Shown here: piece by piece, positions 9,935-17,682 of the stretch
How the letters are laid out: every line of letters begins with the position of its first letter
Numbering within the stretch: the stretch's first letter is position 1
Source: Candidatus Izemoplasmatales bacterium
Lineage (GTDB): Bacteria; Bacillota_I; Bacilli_A; Izemoplasmatales; Hujiaoplasmataceae
NCBI GenBank assembly: GCA_028691315.1
Contig: JAQUZN010000001.1
Span: 121,238 to 145,237, forward strand
Direction of reading: 5' to 3'
Length of the DNA stretch: 24,000 nucleotides
Notes under the pieces: model-generated
Databases searched by the model: none
Told to the model about the DNA's origin: nothing
What the model saw: only the letters and a program-made list of their open reading frames with translations
Position numbers and translations under genes: made by a program

Positions 9935-11374
9935 TTATATAATCGTCGGTATGATCCGCTTAAGTGTTTCTAATCGTTCTACCATCAATGTGTTCATCCT
10001 ATTTGCGCTGATAGGATATGCAGGTAATATCGTACCTGGGCGATATGGTGAATCAATTAGAGACTGTATGGTTTGATCAACTTCTTCGATTATATAATTG
10101 TTTACATTATTTCTTGGTTTTATTAATTGGTATTCATACATAATATCTCTTTGAATCTTCTCTAACTCTTTTGTGAAGGGTGTAACCGATTCAAATCTAA
10201 CATCATCCTTAAATGATGATTGTTCATGCTTATGATCAATTAAATTAATATAAAACTCATGGATTGAACAAGAAGATTCAATTAACTGATAATAGTTTTC
10301 AATTTGATCTTCTGATTCTATGAATAAATACGTATATAATAAATCATATGTCTCACAAACAATAGTACGCTGTAATCGTATAGTGGTACCATCTTTAGCA
10401 AATGCAAAGATATCATTCAATCCATCTTTATGAACAATAATCACATCTTCTTTTGGATTATTTGTGAATGTATTTTTCTTCATACAACCACTAATATAGA
10501 TATTATTGCCAGTGCCAACCATAGCTCCATTAGCAGTATTTTCAATGATATTTTTTGGCTCATGGATCTTTTCTTTCCATGAGTATTCATAAGTCTGATC
10601 TTTTTTCACAAAGATATCAATCGTTCCTATGAAACGGGTCTTACCGGCTTTCATATCAGTATATACATAATAAATTCCAGATATAAGACGACCTTTTGAC
10701 AATAATGCAGAAGGTAAATCCGGATAATATTGTTCTTCATCCCAACAAGTGTTTTCTGGTTCTTTATAATCTCTCTCTAAATGATAAGAAGAAAAATGTT
10801 CATAAGAATCTTTTTCTCCTTCTACGGATTCTATTTGATATTCAACCTCTTCTTTTACTAATAAATAAGCAGTATGATAATTATCTGGGCTTAATTTACC
10901 ACCCATTGGTTTAATTACTTTATTAACCATTGGACAATATTTTTCTGGCTTTTCTTCTCCAAAACAGAAACATATACTTTCCTTTGGATCATTTTTAAAC
11001 TTCTCTATTTCTTTTTTTGGTATAATTAGTTTTCTACCAATTTCTTTTTCTACCATACTTCTAGCTTGATTAAATATCTTCATTCGTTTATTAGTATCTT
11101 CTAATATAATACATACTTCATTCATAGCTTCTGGAAGATATTTTAATATACGATTATTCGGATCTATTTGTATATTACCCATTTGAAACTCTTCTAATTT
11201 ATGGATGATATTATTTGCTAATTTTTCTTCATTATTTTCATTCACATAATTAAAAAACTTAATAGCTGATTCTACTTCATTTTTATCACGTAATGGATAT
11301 TTTCTAAGTTCCGGAAGCCCATAATAGGATTCCTCCGTTACTTCTTTTTGTTTATTCTCATAGAATATAGGCAT
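9935..11374 (-). CDS. Hypothetical phage protein (479 aa), possibly structural
   Basis: N-terminal YYGLPELRKYPLRDKNEVESAIKFFNYVNENNEEKLANNIIHKLEEF resembles a short motif seen in phage head/structural proteins; otherwise unrecognised. Confidence 0.7.
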   Translation of the reverse strand: MPIFYENKQKEVTEESYYGLPELRKYPLRDKNEVESAIKFFNYVNENNEEKLANNIIHKLEEFQMGNIQIDPNNRILKYLPEAMNEVCIILEDTNKRMKIFNQARSMVEKEIGRKLIIPKKEIEKFKNDPKESICFCFGEEKPEKYCPMVNKVIKPMGGKLSPDNYHTAYLLVKEEVEYQIESVEGEKDSYEHFSSYHLERDYKEPENTCWDEEQYYPDLPSALLSKGRLISGIYYVYTDMKAGKTRFIGTIDIFVKKDQTYEYSWKEKIHEPKNIIENTANGAMVGTGNNIYISGCMKKNTFTNNPKEDVIIVHKDGLNDIFAFAKDGTTIRLQRTIVCETYDLLYTYLFIESEDQIENYYQLIESSCSIHEFYINLIDHKHEQSSFKDDVRFESVTPFTKELEKIQRDIMYEYQLIKPRNNVNNYIIEEVDQTIQSLIDSPYRPGTILPAYPISANRMNTLMVERLETLKRIIPTII

Positions 11375-11390
11375 CTCAATACCCCTTTCT

Positions 11391-11436
11391 TAATACAAAA
11401 ATAAAAACATAGGAGATATATTACTCCTATGTTTTT
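11391..11436 (-). terminator. Strong intrinsic terminator at the end of the rtcB-prfH operon
   Basis: 13-bp stem AAAAACATAGGAG (11403-11415)/CTCCTATGTTTTT (11424-11436), followed on the minus strand by TTTTTATTTTTG. Confidence 0.9.
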
Positions 11437-11451
11437 ACCCTCTTTTGACGT

Positions 11452-12042
11452 TCATTTCTTAACCAATTTAAATTCTGGTCCTTCATATACTCTTACAGGA
11501 TTTCCTCGAATTAAATCTTGGTGTGCTCTCCAAGCTTCTTCTTTTTGTTGAGATTGTGCATCATTCTCAATCTCTTTCAAGATAGATTTTAATCGTTCTG
11601 TTACTTCTTTTTTGTTTAAGTATTGACTTCTCTCTGAAGTGGAGACTAAGCTAATTCCAGTAGGTCTATGAATTAAACGAACTCCACTTTCTACTTTGTT
11701 TACATGCTGACCGCCTTTACCTCCACTTCGAAAAGATTCATACTTAATATCGTTCTCATTAAATTCACAAACAGCATTATGGCTAGAGATTCTACTCACA
11801 TCAATGAACCAATTCTTTCGTTTATGGTGAGGACGGATGGGACTTTTACAAATCCATTGAATAGAACCTTCTAGCCATGACAAATCATGTTTTGTTTGAA
11901 ACATAACAGAATCTTGTTTTAAAGCAGCCATATCCGATAGAACTTCAATATCTTCAAATTCATCTTCTAACGAATGAAGCAGAAGTGTAACTGCTAATTT
12001 ACATTCTGTTGGTCCATGACCTGAACTAATCTGTAGTATCAT
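11452..12042 (-). CDS. prfH: Peptide chain release factor H (PrfH-like), ribosome rescue
   Basis: MILQISSGHGPTECKLAV..., SIQWICKSPIRPHHKRKNWFIDV, GGQ motif in SFRSGGKGGQHVNKVESGVRLIHRPTGISLVSTSERSQ, and C-terminal RGNPVRVYEGPEF. Overlaps the end of rtcB by 4 nt. Confidence 0.95.
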   Translation of the reverse strand: MILQISSGHGPTECKLAVTLLLHSLEDEFEDIEVLSDMAALKQDSVMFQTKHDLSWLEGSIQWICKSPIRPHHKRKNWFIDVSRISSHNAVCEFNENDIKYESFRSGGKGGQHVNKVESGVRLIHRPTGISLVSTSERSQYLNKKEVTERLKSILKEIENDAQSQQKEEAWRAHQDLIRGNPVRVYEGPEFKLVKK

Positions 12043-13184
12043 TCTTTTCCTCCGGCTTTAAAATTATAGATTGGTTTGATTATCTTTGCAATACGAACGG
12101 TATCTTGAATTGCTTCTTGAATATCTTTCAAATCACGATAAGCGAATGGAGCTTCATCTAATGTATCTTTACCAATACTTGGTGAATGAATACCTTTCAT
12201 GATAGATTTATATTCAGATACTGTATGAGAATTCTTTACTTCTTCTCTTTTTATAATTCTTCCTGAGCCATGAGGAGCCGAACAATTCCAATCTTCATTT
12301 CCTAATCCCACACCCAAAATAATACCATCTTTAGAATTAACTGGAATTGCTATATATTGTCCTTCTCTTGCTGAGATTGCACCTTTTCTTAAAATATAAT
12401 CATTCCCGATGAAGTTATGAGGACAATCCATATGCTTACCAGCATTCCATTTCATCTTTTTTACTATTTTACCAATAATTCTTAATCGATTAAAATGTGC
12501 AAATTCCTCTGCTATAAAAGAATCATTTAGATAATCATTTCTTAACCATCCTTCTAAATAAGTCATTTCATAAGGCACGTCAATTCCTTTTCTTTTTAAT
12601 TCTTTCTGTCCTTCGTTTAAATAATAAGATGTGATATCAGAACCAAAACTACGACTTCCACTATGAACAGATAGGAAGAGCTTTCCATCATCGTCTTGAT
12701 CGATTTCAATGAAATGATTTCCTCCACCAAGAGTTCCAACACTTCGTTCTATGATATCTTTTCTGGCGTTTTTCATTCGAATATTATTAAATTCAATTTT
12801 ATCAAAAAAGGTCATAGGCGAATCTTCAATAGAATTATGAATCTTCATACCACATGGAATATTTTCTCGAATAACTGTATCGAGTTTCTGAAATTCAATT
12901 CTCTTTGTATTAATTGGAACTATCGTAACCCCACAACCAATATCATTTCCTAAAAGATTAGGAAGAATGCGATCTGTGAGTGTCATGGATAAACCAATAG
13001 GTCCAACCTTTCCAGGGTGCACATCTGGCATGACTCTTATTTTACTATCTTTTGATACTTCATTATCACAGATCATTTTGATCTGGGCTTCAGCATATTG
13101 TTCAATTTTCTGGTCTTGCTCTTTTGTTGTAAATACCTTTGCTGATCCATATTTTCCTTTAATATAATAATTATAATTTCCCAT
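12039..13184 (-). CDS. rtcB: RNA ligase RtcB (RtcB2-type, prfH-linked)
   Basis: Motifs MPDVHPGKVGPIG, GNDIGCGVTIV, GTLGGGNHFIEI, SGSRSFG, MDCPHNFIG, ILRKGAISA and SAPHGSGRIIKRE (guanylylated-His region), all apparently intact. Confidence 0.96.
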   Translation of the reverse strand: MGNYNYYIKGKYGSAKVFTTKEQDQKIEQYAEAQIKMICDNEVSKDSKIRVMPDVHPGKVGPIGLSMTLTDRILPNLLGNDIGCGVTIVPINTKRIEFQKLDTVIRENIPCGMKIHNSIEDSPMTFFDKIEFNNIRMKNARKDIIERSVGTLGGGNHFIEIDQDDDGKLFLSVHSGSRSFGSDITSYYLNEGQKELKRKGIDVPYEMTYLEGWLRNDYLNDSFIAEEFAHFNRLRIIGKIVKKMKWNAGKHMDCPHNFIGNDYILRKGAISAREGQYIAIPVNSKDGIILGVGLGNEDWNCSAPHGSGRIIKREEVKNSHTVSEYKSIMKGIHSPSIGKDTLDEAPFAYRDLKDIQEAIQDTVRIAKIIKPIYNFKAGGKE

Positions 13185-13204
13185 ATATTTTCTCCTTATA
13201 TTTG

Positions 13205-13747
13205 TTATTTCTTTCCTTTTGGTCTAGCATCCAATTTTTTATAATTTGGCATAGGAAAATCGATCGGTAATGGTTCACCATGATCAAACTCAATATGTGG
13301 TGATTTCATAGTATACATCATTGTTTCTTGAAGAGACATATTACATATCTCTTTATTGAAATAATAAATGAGATATTGATAATTAGTACCCTTGAATACA
13401 TGACCACCATCTTCTTGTAAAACTTTTGTTTTACATTGAGATTTTAAAAAACTTGCTAATTCATCTCTTTGATTAGTTGCTATCATTTTACTAGAACTTG
13501 ATTTGTTAAAATGATTGATATAATCTACCTCGACTAATGAAATTCTTATCGCTTTTGAATCCGAAGAGGTGGAAAGGCCTTCATTAAATTTAAAATAACG
13601 ATTAGTCTTTTTATAAACTTGCGTACCCGATCGATTTATGCTTAGATTGAACGTGACGCCTTGTCTATTAATTAAATTTACAACTTCATTCAAATACTCT
13701 TTATTATTAACTGGATTAAAAATGTGTAAATTATCAAATACTGCCAT
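13205..13747 (-). CDS. Hypothetical protein, single diverged copy of an operon-specific module (module A)
   Basis: 180 aa; starts MAVFDN, contains INRSG...SKAIRISL...NQRDELASFLKS...YQYLIYYFNKEI and ends FPMPNYKKLD-ARPKGKK. SD-like GAGAGGGG upstream. Confidence 0.85.
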   Translation of the reverse strand: MAVFDNLHIFNPVNNKEYLNEVVNLINRQGVTFNLSINRSGTQVYKKTNRYFKFNEGLSTSSDSKAIRISLVEVDYINHFNKSSSSKMIATNQRDELASFLKSQCKTKVLQEDGGHVFKGTNYQYLIYYFNKEICNMSLQETMMYTMKSPHIEFDHGEPLPIDFPMPNYKKLDARPKGKK

Positions 13748-13768
13748 TTTTTAGTCCCCTCTCTCTTT

Positions 13769-15115
13769 CTATTCTGGCAATTTCATATAATTTGGTATTG
13801 GTGAATTTTTGTCTAACTTTTCAATATTCAATCTACCTTTCGCTATTAATGTATTGATCATATTGATCATATAACGCCAACAATAAAAATCAGAATTAGC
13901 TCCCAATAACCTCATCAATTCTTTTTTCTGATCATTGTTTAACCTAATTTGCTCTCTTCTATCATCATTACAATCTACATATATCGGTTTATTGATATTG
14001 ATTCTAGCGTGTAATTTTTTATTCTTGCTATAATCAATATCGGTAAAAATGAAATATAAATCATCTTTTTTAATATTCCGATTTAAACATAGATGAAGAT
14101 GGTTTCCTGTCAATTCCCCCCCAAGAAAAGTGAATAGATTATGGTAGTGTTCTCCTAACTCTCGTGATAACCCAAATAAATTAAACATCTCATAATCGGC
14201 CACATAGTATTCTTCCGGACCATCTGGAAGTAACTCGTAATTTGGTTGTTTTGGTATCTTAACCCCAGGTTTTTCCATATCATCGCCTAGTAAACCAGTC
14301 TCATATAAATAATGTCTATATAACCATTCATAATTTGTCATGCCATTGAAGTGGATTAAAGAGCTTAAAAAATTATTCAATTCAACCTTTTCGTCTTTAG
14401 TTAGATATAAAAACTCTTTAGTCTCATCTGGAGTGTGAACATAATAAGGATTCATAAAACTTATTCTTGCAAGTTTAGTTTTAAATTCAAATCTTTCATC
14501 TCTTATATTAAAATATCTCTCTTTGATTGCATGGTTCCATTGTATCTTTATTGATATATGGTAATTTAAAAAATCAGAAATCATATCGTCTGACCAATTA
14601 TAATTCTCAGTCAATTGTCTTGAATCATCATATTCAAAAACATGATCGATATCATGTTCGTATAAATAAAAACCACGAGAACCAATATTGATATCCTTAT
14701 AATCTGGTGGTCTTGTTACTTTATACGGTTTATAACCCATGTCAATAAGACCTTTATTAAAATAATCAAAAATCAAATTCCAGAAAATATCATTATTTAC
14801 CAATTCAATCCATTTTGCTAACTGCTTCTTATTTAATTTAAAATTTCGAGTTCTGAACATATGATTCCAAGGAACTTCATTCATATAACTTGGATAGTTT
14901 AAATGAATTCTAGAACTTCTAGTTGCATGTTTAGGATCCTCGTTATTATACGCTATAATATAAATCAAATCCTGCCTGTTCTTTGGTGGATTGATACACA
15001 GTGACATATGAAGATGTTTATATGAGTATACAATCTTTTCTTCAGTTTTAATTTCTCCTAATATCAATTCTTTTCTTCTCATAAATCTTTTACATTTATT
15101 CATCATTCCTCCCAC
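13769..15115 (-). CDS. Hypothetical protein with three tandem diverged copies of the same module (B1-B3)
   Basis: 448 aa from a GTG start at 15115; the actual start may be the ATGATG just downstream. Internal repeats end at RPPDYKDI, KQPNYELL and PIPNYMKL. 1-nt overlap with the upstream gene. Confidence 0.85.
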   Translation of the reverse strand: MGGMMNKCKRFMRRKELILGEIKTEEKIVYSYKHLHMSLCINPPKNRQDLIYIIAYNNEDPKHATRSSRIHLNYPSYMNEVPWNHMFRTRNFKLNKKQLAKWIELVNNDIFWNLIFDYFNKGLIDMGYKPYKVTRPPDYKDINIGSRGFYLYEHDIDHVFEYDDSRQLTENYNWSDDMISDFLNYHISIKIQWNHAIKERYFNIRDERFEFKTKLARISFMNPYYVHTPDETKEFLYLTKDEKVELNNFLSSLIHFNGMTNYEWLYRHYLYETGLLGDDMEKPGVKIPKQPNYELLPDGPEEYYVADYEMFNLFGLSRELGEHYHNLFTFLGGELTGNHLHLCLNRNIKKDDLYFIFTDIDYSKNKKLHARININKPIYVDCNDDRREQIRLNNDQKKELMRLLGANSDFYCWRYMINMINTLIAKGRLNIEKLDKNSPIPNYMKLPE

Positions 15116-15618
15116 TACAGTAATGCATAATCTGGCATCCGGTTTTTCATCTTTCTTAATTTCTTTTTATTTTTTTCATTATCCGTAAACTTGATATGCT
15201 CTTTTATAATATACATCCATAGTGATGCAAATCGATCTCCATATTTCGGGCAATAACCCTTCAATGTTTTTACCAACCATTCTTTCTGTTCAACGGTCAA
15301 TTCTAAATGGGAGAATATATCATCACTAGGTCTTTTCTTATATCTCGGTTTTGACATTTTTACCCTACAGCATTTTGTGCCCTCTAACATTTTACAACTA
15401 TTTATAATTTTAATATAAAAATCGTCATCGTAAGTTTGTTCAAAATGAACTAATATAGATAAATCCATTTCTTCATCTCTTACAACAAATTCCATTAAAT
15501 TGTGAGTCTCACCCAATATAACAGAGCAACTCATAGCATTTTCAATATTTTTTATAGAATCTTCTTCAATAAAAATATCTTTCTCTAAATCTTTCTTTCC
15601 ATTATCAAATACTGCCAT
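15115..15618 (-). CDS. Hypothetical protein, single copy of the module (module C), first gene of the operon
   Basis: 167 aa; starts MAVFDN and ends RMPDYALL; SD-like AGAGAGGAAA upstream of the ATG. Confidence 0.85.
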   Translation of the reverse strand: MAVFDNGKKDLEKDIFIEEDSIKNIENAMSCSVILGETHNLMEFVVRDEEMDLSILVHFEQTYDDDFYIKIINSCKMLEGTKCCRVKMSKPRYKKRPSDDIFSHLELTVEQKEWLVKTLKGYCPKYGDRFASLWMYIIKEHIKFTDNEKNKKKLRKMKNRMPDYALL

Positions 15619-15656
15619 TATAATTTCCTCTCTTTCATTTTTAAATTTAGAATATG

Positions 15657-15693
15657 TAATAGTGAGTATAGATCTTTCCTATACTCACTATTA
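15657..15693. other. Long inverted repeat (hairpin) in the gap upstream of the rtcB-prfH operon
   Basis: 14-bp or longer perfect stem TAATAGTGAGTATA (15657-15670)/TATACTCACTATTA (15680-15693). No clean U-tract on the minus side, so its role as terminator or regulatory element is open. Confidence 0.75.
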
Positions 15694-15714
15694 TAATATA
15701 TCATCATTATTCTT

Positions 15715-16899
15715 TTATAATATATATTTAGCAAAATATTCTATATCACTTTCATTAATATAAATATTACTAATATTATCGTTCTCTTCTATTTTAATTC
15801 CTAAAATTCCTGATTTACCCACTTCTAATTCAGCAGGTATTTCTATACTTCCTACATAAATAGAAGAATGAATAATTTGATTAATGAAAGCAATAAAATG
15901 ACGCAATTCATCAATATCAGTTTCTTTCGTGATCTTATAGATTGCAAATTTCCATTCATTATCATCTGTATGAATATCTATCATTCTACAGAATAACATT
16001 CTATTTTGTTGTCTTAACAATAACAATTTCTTTCTTGCCATTTCAGCAGTCTCTTTATAATCAAGTATATTATTCACTTCATTGATTCTTGTAATATGAA
16101 TGGTTCTTACCGTTTGGTGGGGAGCTTCCATTAGATTCTCTTTCAACTCCAACATCAATTGAATCATTTGGTCAAATCGATTATCCGTTAAACGGATATA
16201 ATTATATTGTTTTTGGTCTTTAATTGCTTTCTCTTTTGCTAATTGTTTTTTTCGATATTCTTCCATGTTTCTTGTATTCGGATTATCTCCACCATCTTTA
16301 ATATCAAATACCAGATTATATGGTTCATAATAATAATCAGTAATCCATTGATGTGTCTTACCATTAAATTGATAATCAATCACTGGTCCAGGCGCAGTTA
16401 AATCCGATGATTTTATATGAAAGAAATTATCCATAAAAGATAAAAATGCTTTTTCATAGCTTCCTACATAAGAAAGAACTCCACCATCTTGAAACTTATA
16501 TTTCCCCGATATGGATCGATTCTGTAACATCTTATTTTGAAACTCAGGATCGTTTAAAAAATCCTCTTTTGTTTTGCCATGTTTCTTATATAATCGATCT
16601 GCCGTTTGTTTGATATATGCTTCTTTACAAGTCTTTCTATTACAGATTCTATCGTACCGAGCTTTTGATTCATCCCATGGAGTTTCTCTTCTACATATCA
16701 CACAACTACCATTTGTTTTTTTATTAATTAAATTAAATATCACTCTTGTAGAAGAATAACCTTCAGGAATCATATCTTCATGAGTACGATCTACATGCGT
16801 AATTAGTTTATTTCTTTCTAATCTTTTCTCACAATAAGGACACTTATATTTCTTTGTATATTTCGGTTGGATTTTTATAATCTCGTTACCATTCGTCAT
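15715..16899 (-). CDS. Zinc-finger plus PD-(D/E)xK / Vsr-like nuclease, candidate free-standing homing endonuclease
   Basis: N-terminal C2H2-like YKCPYCEKRLERNKLITHVDRTH and a second Cys cluster (CVICRRE...CNRKTC), followed by YVGSYEKAFLSFMDNFF...PGPVIDYQFNGKTHQWITDYYYEPYNLVFDIKDGGDNPN, a nuclease-like core. Confidence 0.65.
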   Translation of the reverse strand: MTNGNEIIKIQPKYTKKYKCPYCEKRLERNKLITHVDRTHEDMIPEGYSSTRVIFNLINKKTNGSCVICRRETPWDESKARYDRICNRKTCKEAYIKQTADRLYKKHGKTKEDFLNDPEFQNKMLQNRSISGKYKFQDGGVLSYVGSYEKAFLSFMDNFFHIKSSDLTAPGPVIDYQFNGKTHQWITDYYYEPYNLVFDIKDGGDNPNTRNMEEYRKKQLAKEKAIKDQKQYNYIRLTDNRFDQMIQLMLELKENLMEAPHQTVRTIHITRINEVNNILDYKETAEMARKKLLLLRQQNRMLFCRMIDIHTDDNEWKFAIYKITKETDIDELRHFIAFINQIIHSSIYVGSIEIPAELEVGKSGILGIKIEENDNISNIYINESDIEYFAKYIL

Positions 16900-17034
16900 T
16901 ATAATTTATCCTCTTTCTTTCGATTTTTCATCATTATATTATTGTTTCCAGTCTATATACATGCATATAAAAGTACAATGATAACTAGAAATTAAAATTG
17001 TACTAATCTATAGGAAAAAGAGAGGTTTTTAATC

Positions 17035-17268
17035 ATGGATTTAACAATTTCAGAACAGATGAAAGATATATTATCAGAAAGATTTGAATTAGAAATATGT
17101 GAAACAAATAAGGATACCGGTCTTGATATTTTAAAAGATGGTTCTTATATTGCCACTATTTATGATTCTTCTGATTTTTATAAATTTGTCTATCAATATG
17201 CTAATTTAACTACAGATAATAATACATTAAAACTTTTTGACAATATGCTTATAGAGTTATTTAATTAA
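17035..17268 (+). CDS. Small hypothetical protein (77 aa)
   Basis: ORF at the start of the plus-strand cluster, preceded by GAAAAAGAGAGG. Confidence 0.65.
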   Translation: MDLTISEQMKDILSERFELEICETNKDTGLDILKDGSYIATIYDSSDFYKFVYQYANLTTDNNTLKLFDNMLIELFN

Positions 17269-17279
17269 AGGAGATAAAG

Positions 17280-17663
17280 ATGCCAGTTCAAAAAGAACAT
17301 GTATTTTCATTAAATGAATTTAGAGAATCAAAAGTATTAGAAGGAAAAGAAGCCATTGCAACATTATTGGTTCGTATTATCCTTCTACAACCAGGAACCA
17401 ATCCTGATCATCCAGAAATGGGTGTGGGGTTGGTTGAGAATTATCGATATTCGCAAAAAGATAATATTGATAATCTTAAAAGAGAAATACAGAGTCAAAT
17501 TCAAACATATTTACCTAGATTACAAGCCACGAATGTTAATGTATTACTAAATCCAGATAATACATTAACGATCGGTATTCAGATCGATGATGTGATCTAT
17601 CAATTTGAAACATCAGAACTTACAGATAACGATATAAGGTTTAATGATATAAGTGAACAATAA
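17280..17663 (+). CDS. T4 gp25-like baseplate wedge protein
   Basis: KEAIATLLVRIILLQPGTNPDHPEMGVGLVENYRY...LKREIQSQIQTYLP...NVLLNPDNTLTIGIQIDDVIYQFE matches the gp25/W family pattern; SD AAAGGAGA. Confidence 0.8.
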   Translation: MPVQKEHVFSLNEFRESKVLEGKEAIATLLVRIILLQPGTNPDHPEMGVGLVENYRYSQKDNIDNLKREIQSQIQTYLPRLQATNVNVLLNPDNTLTIGIQIDDVIYQFETSELTDNDIRFNDISEQ

Positions 17664-17682
17664 TAGAGGAGGAAAATAAAAG

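Noticed and set aside
10696-13167. Plus-strand ORFs at 10696-10914, 12696-12953 and 12967-13167
   Set aside because: Antisense to the 479 aa gene and to rtcB; no independent evidence.
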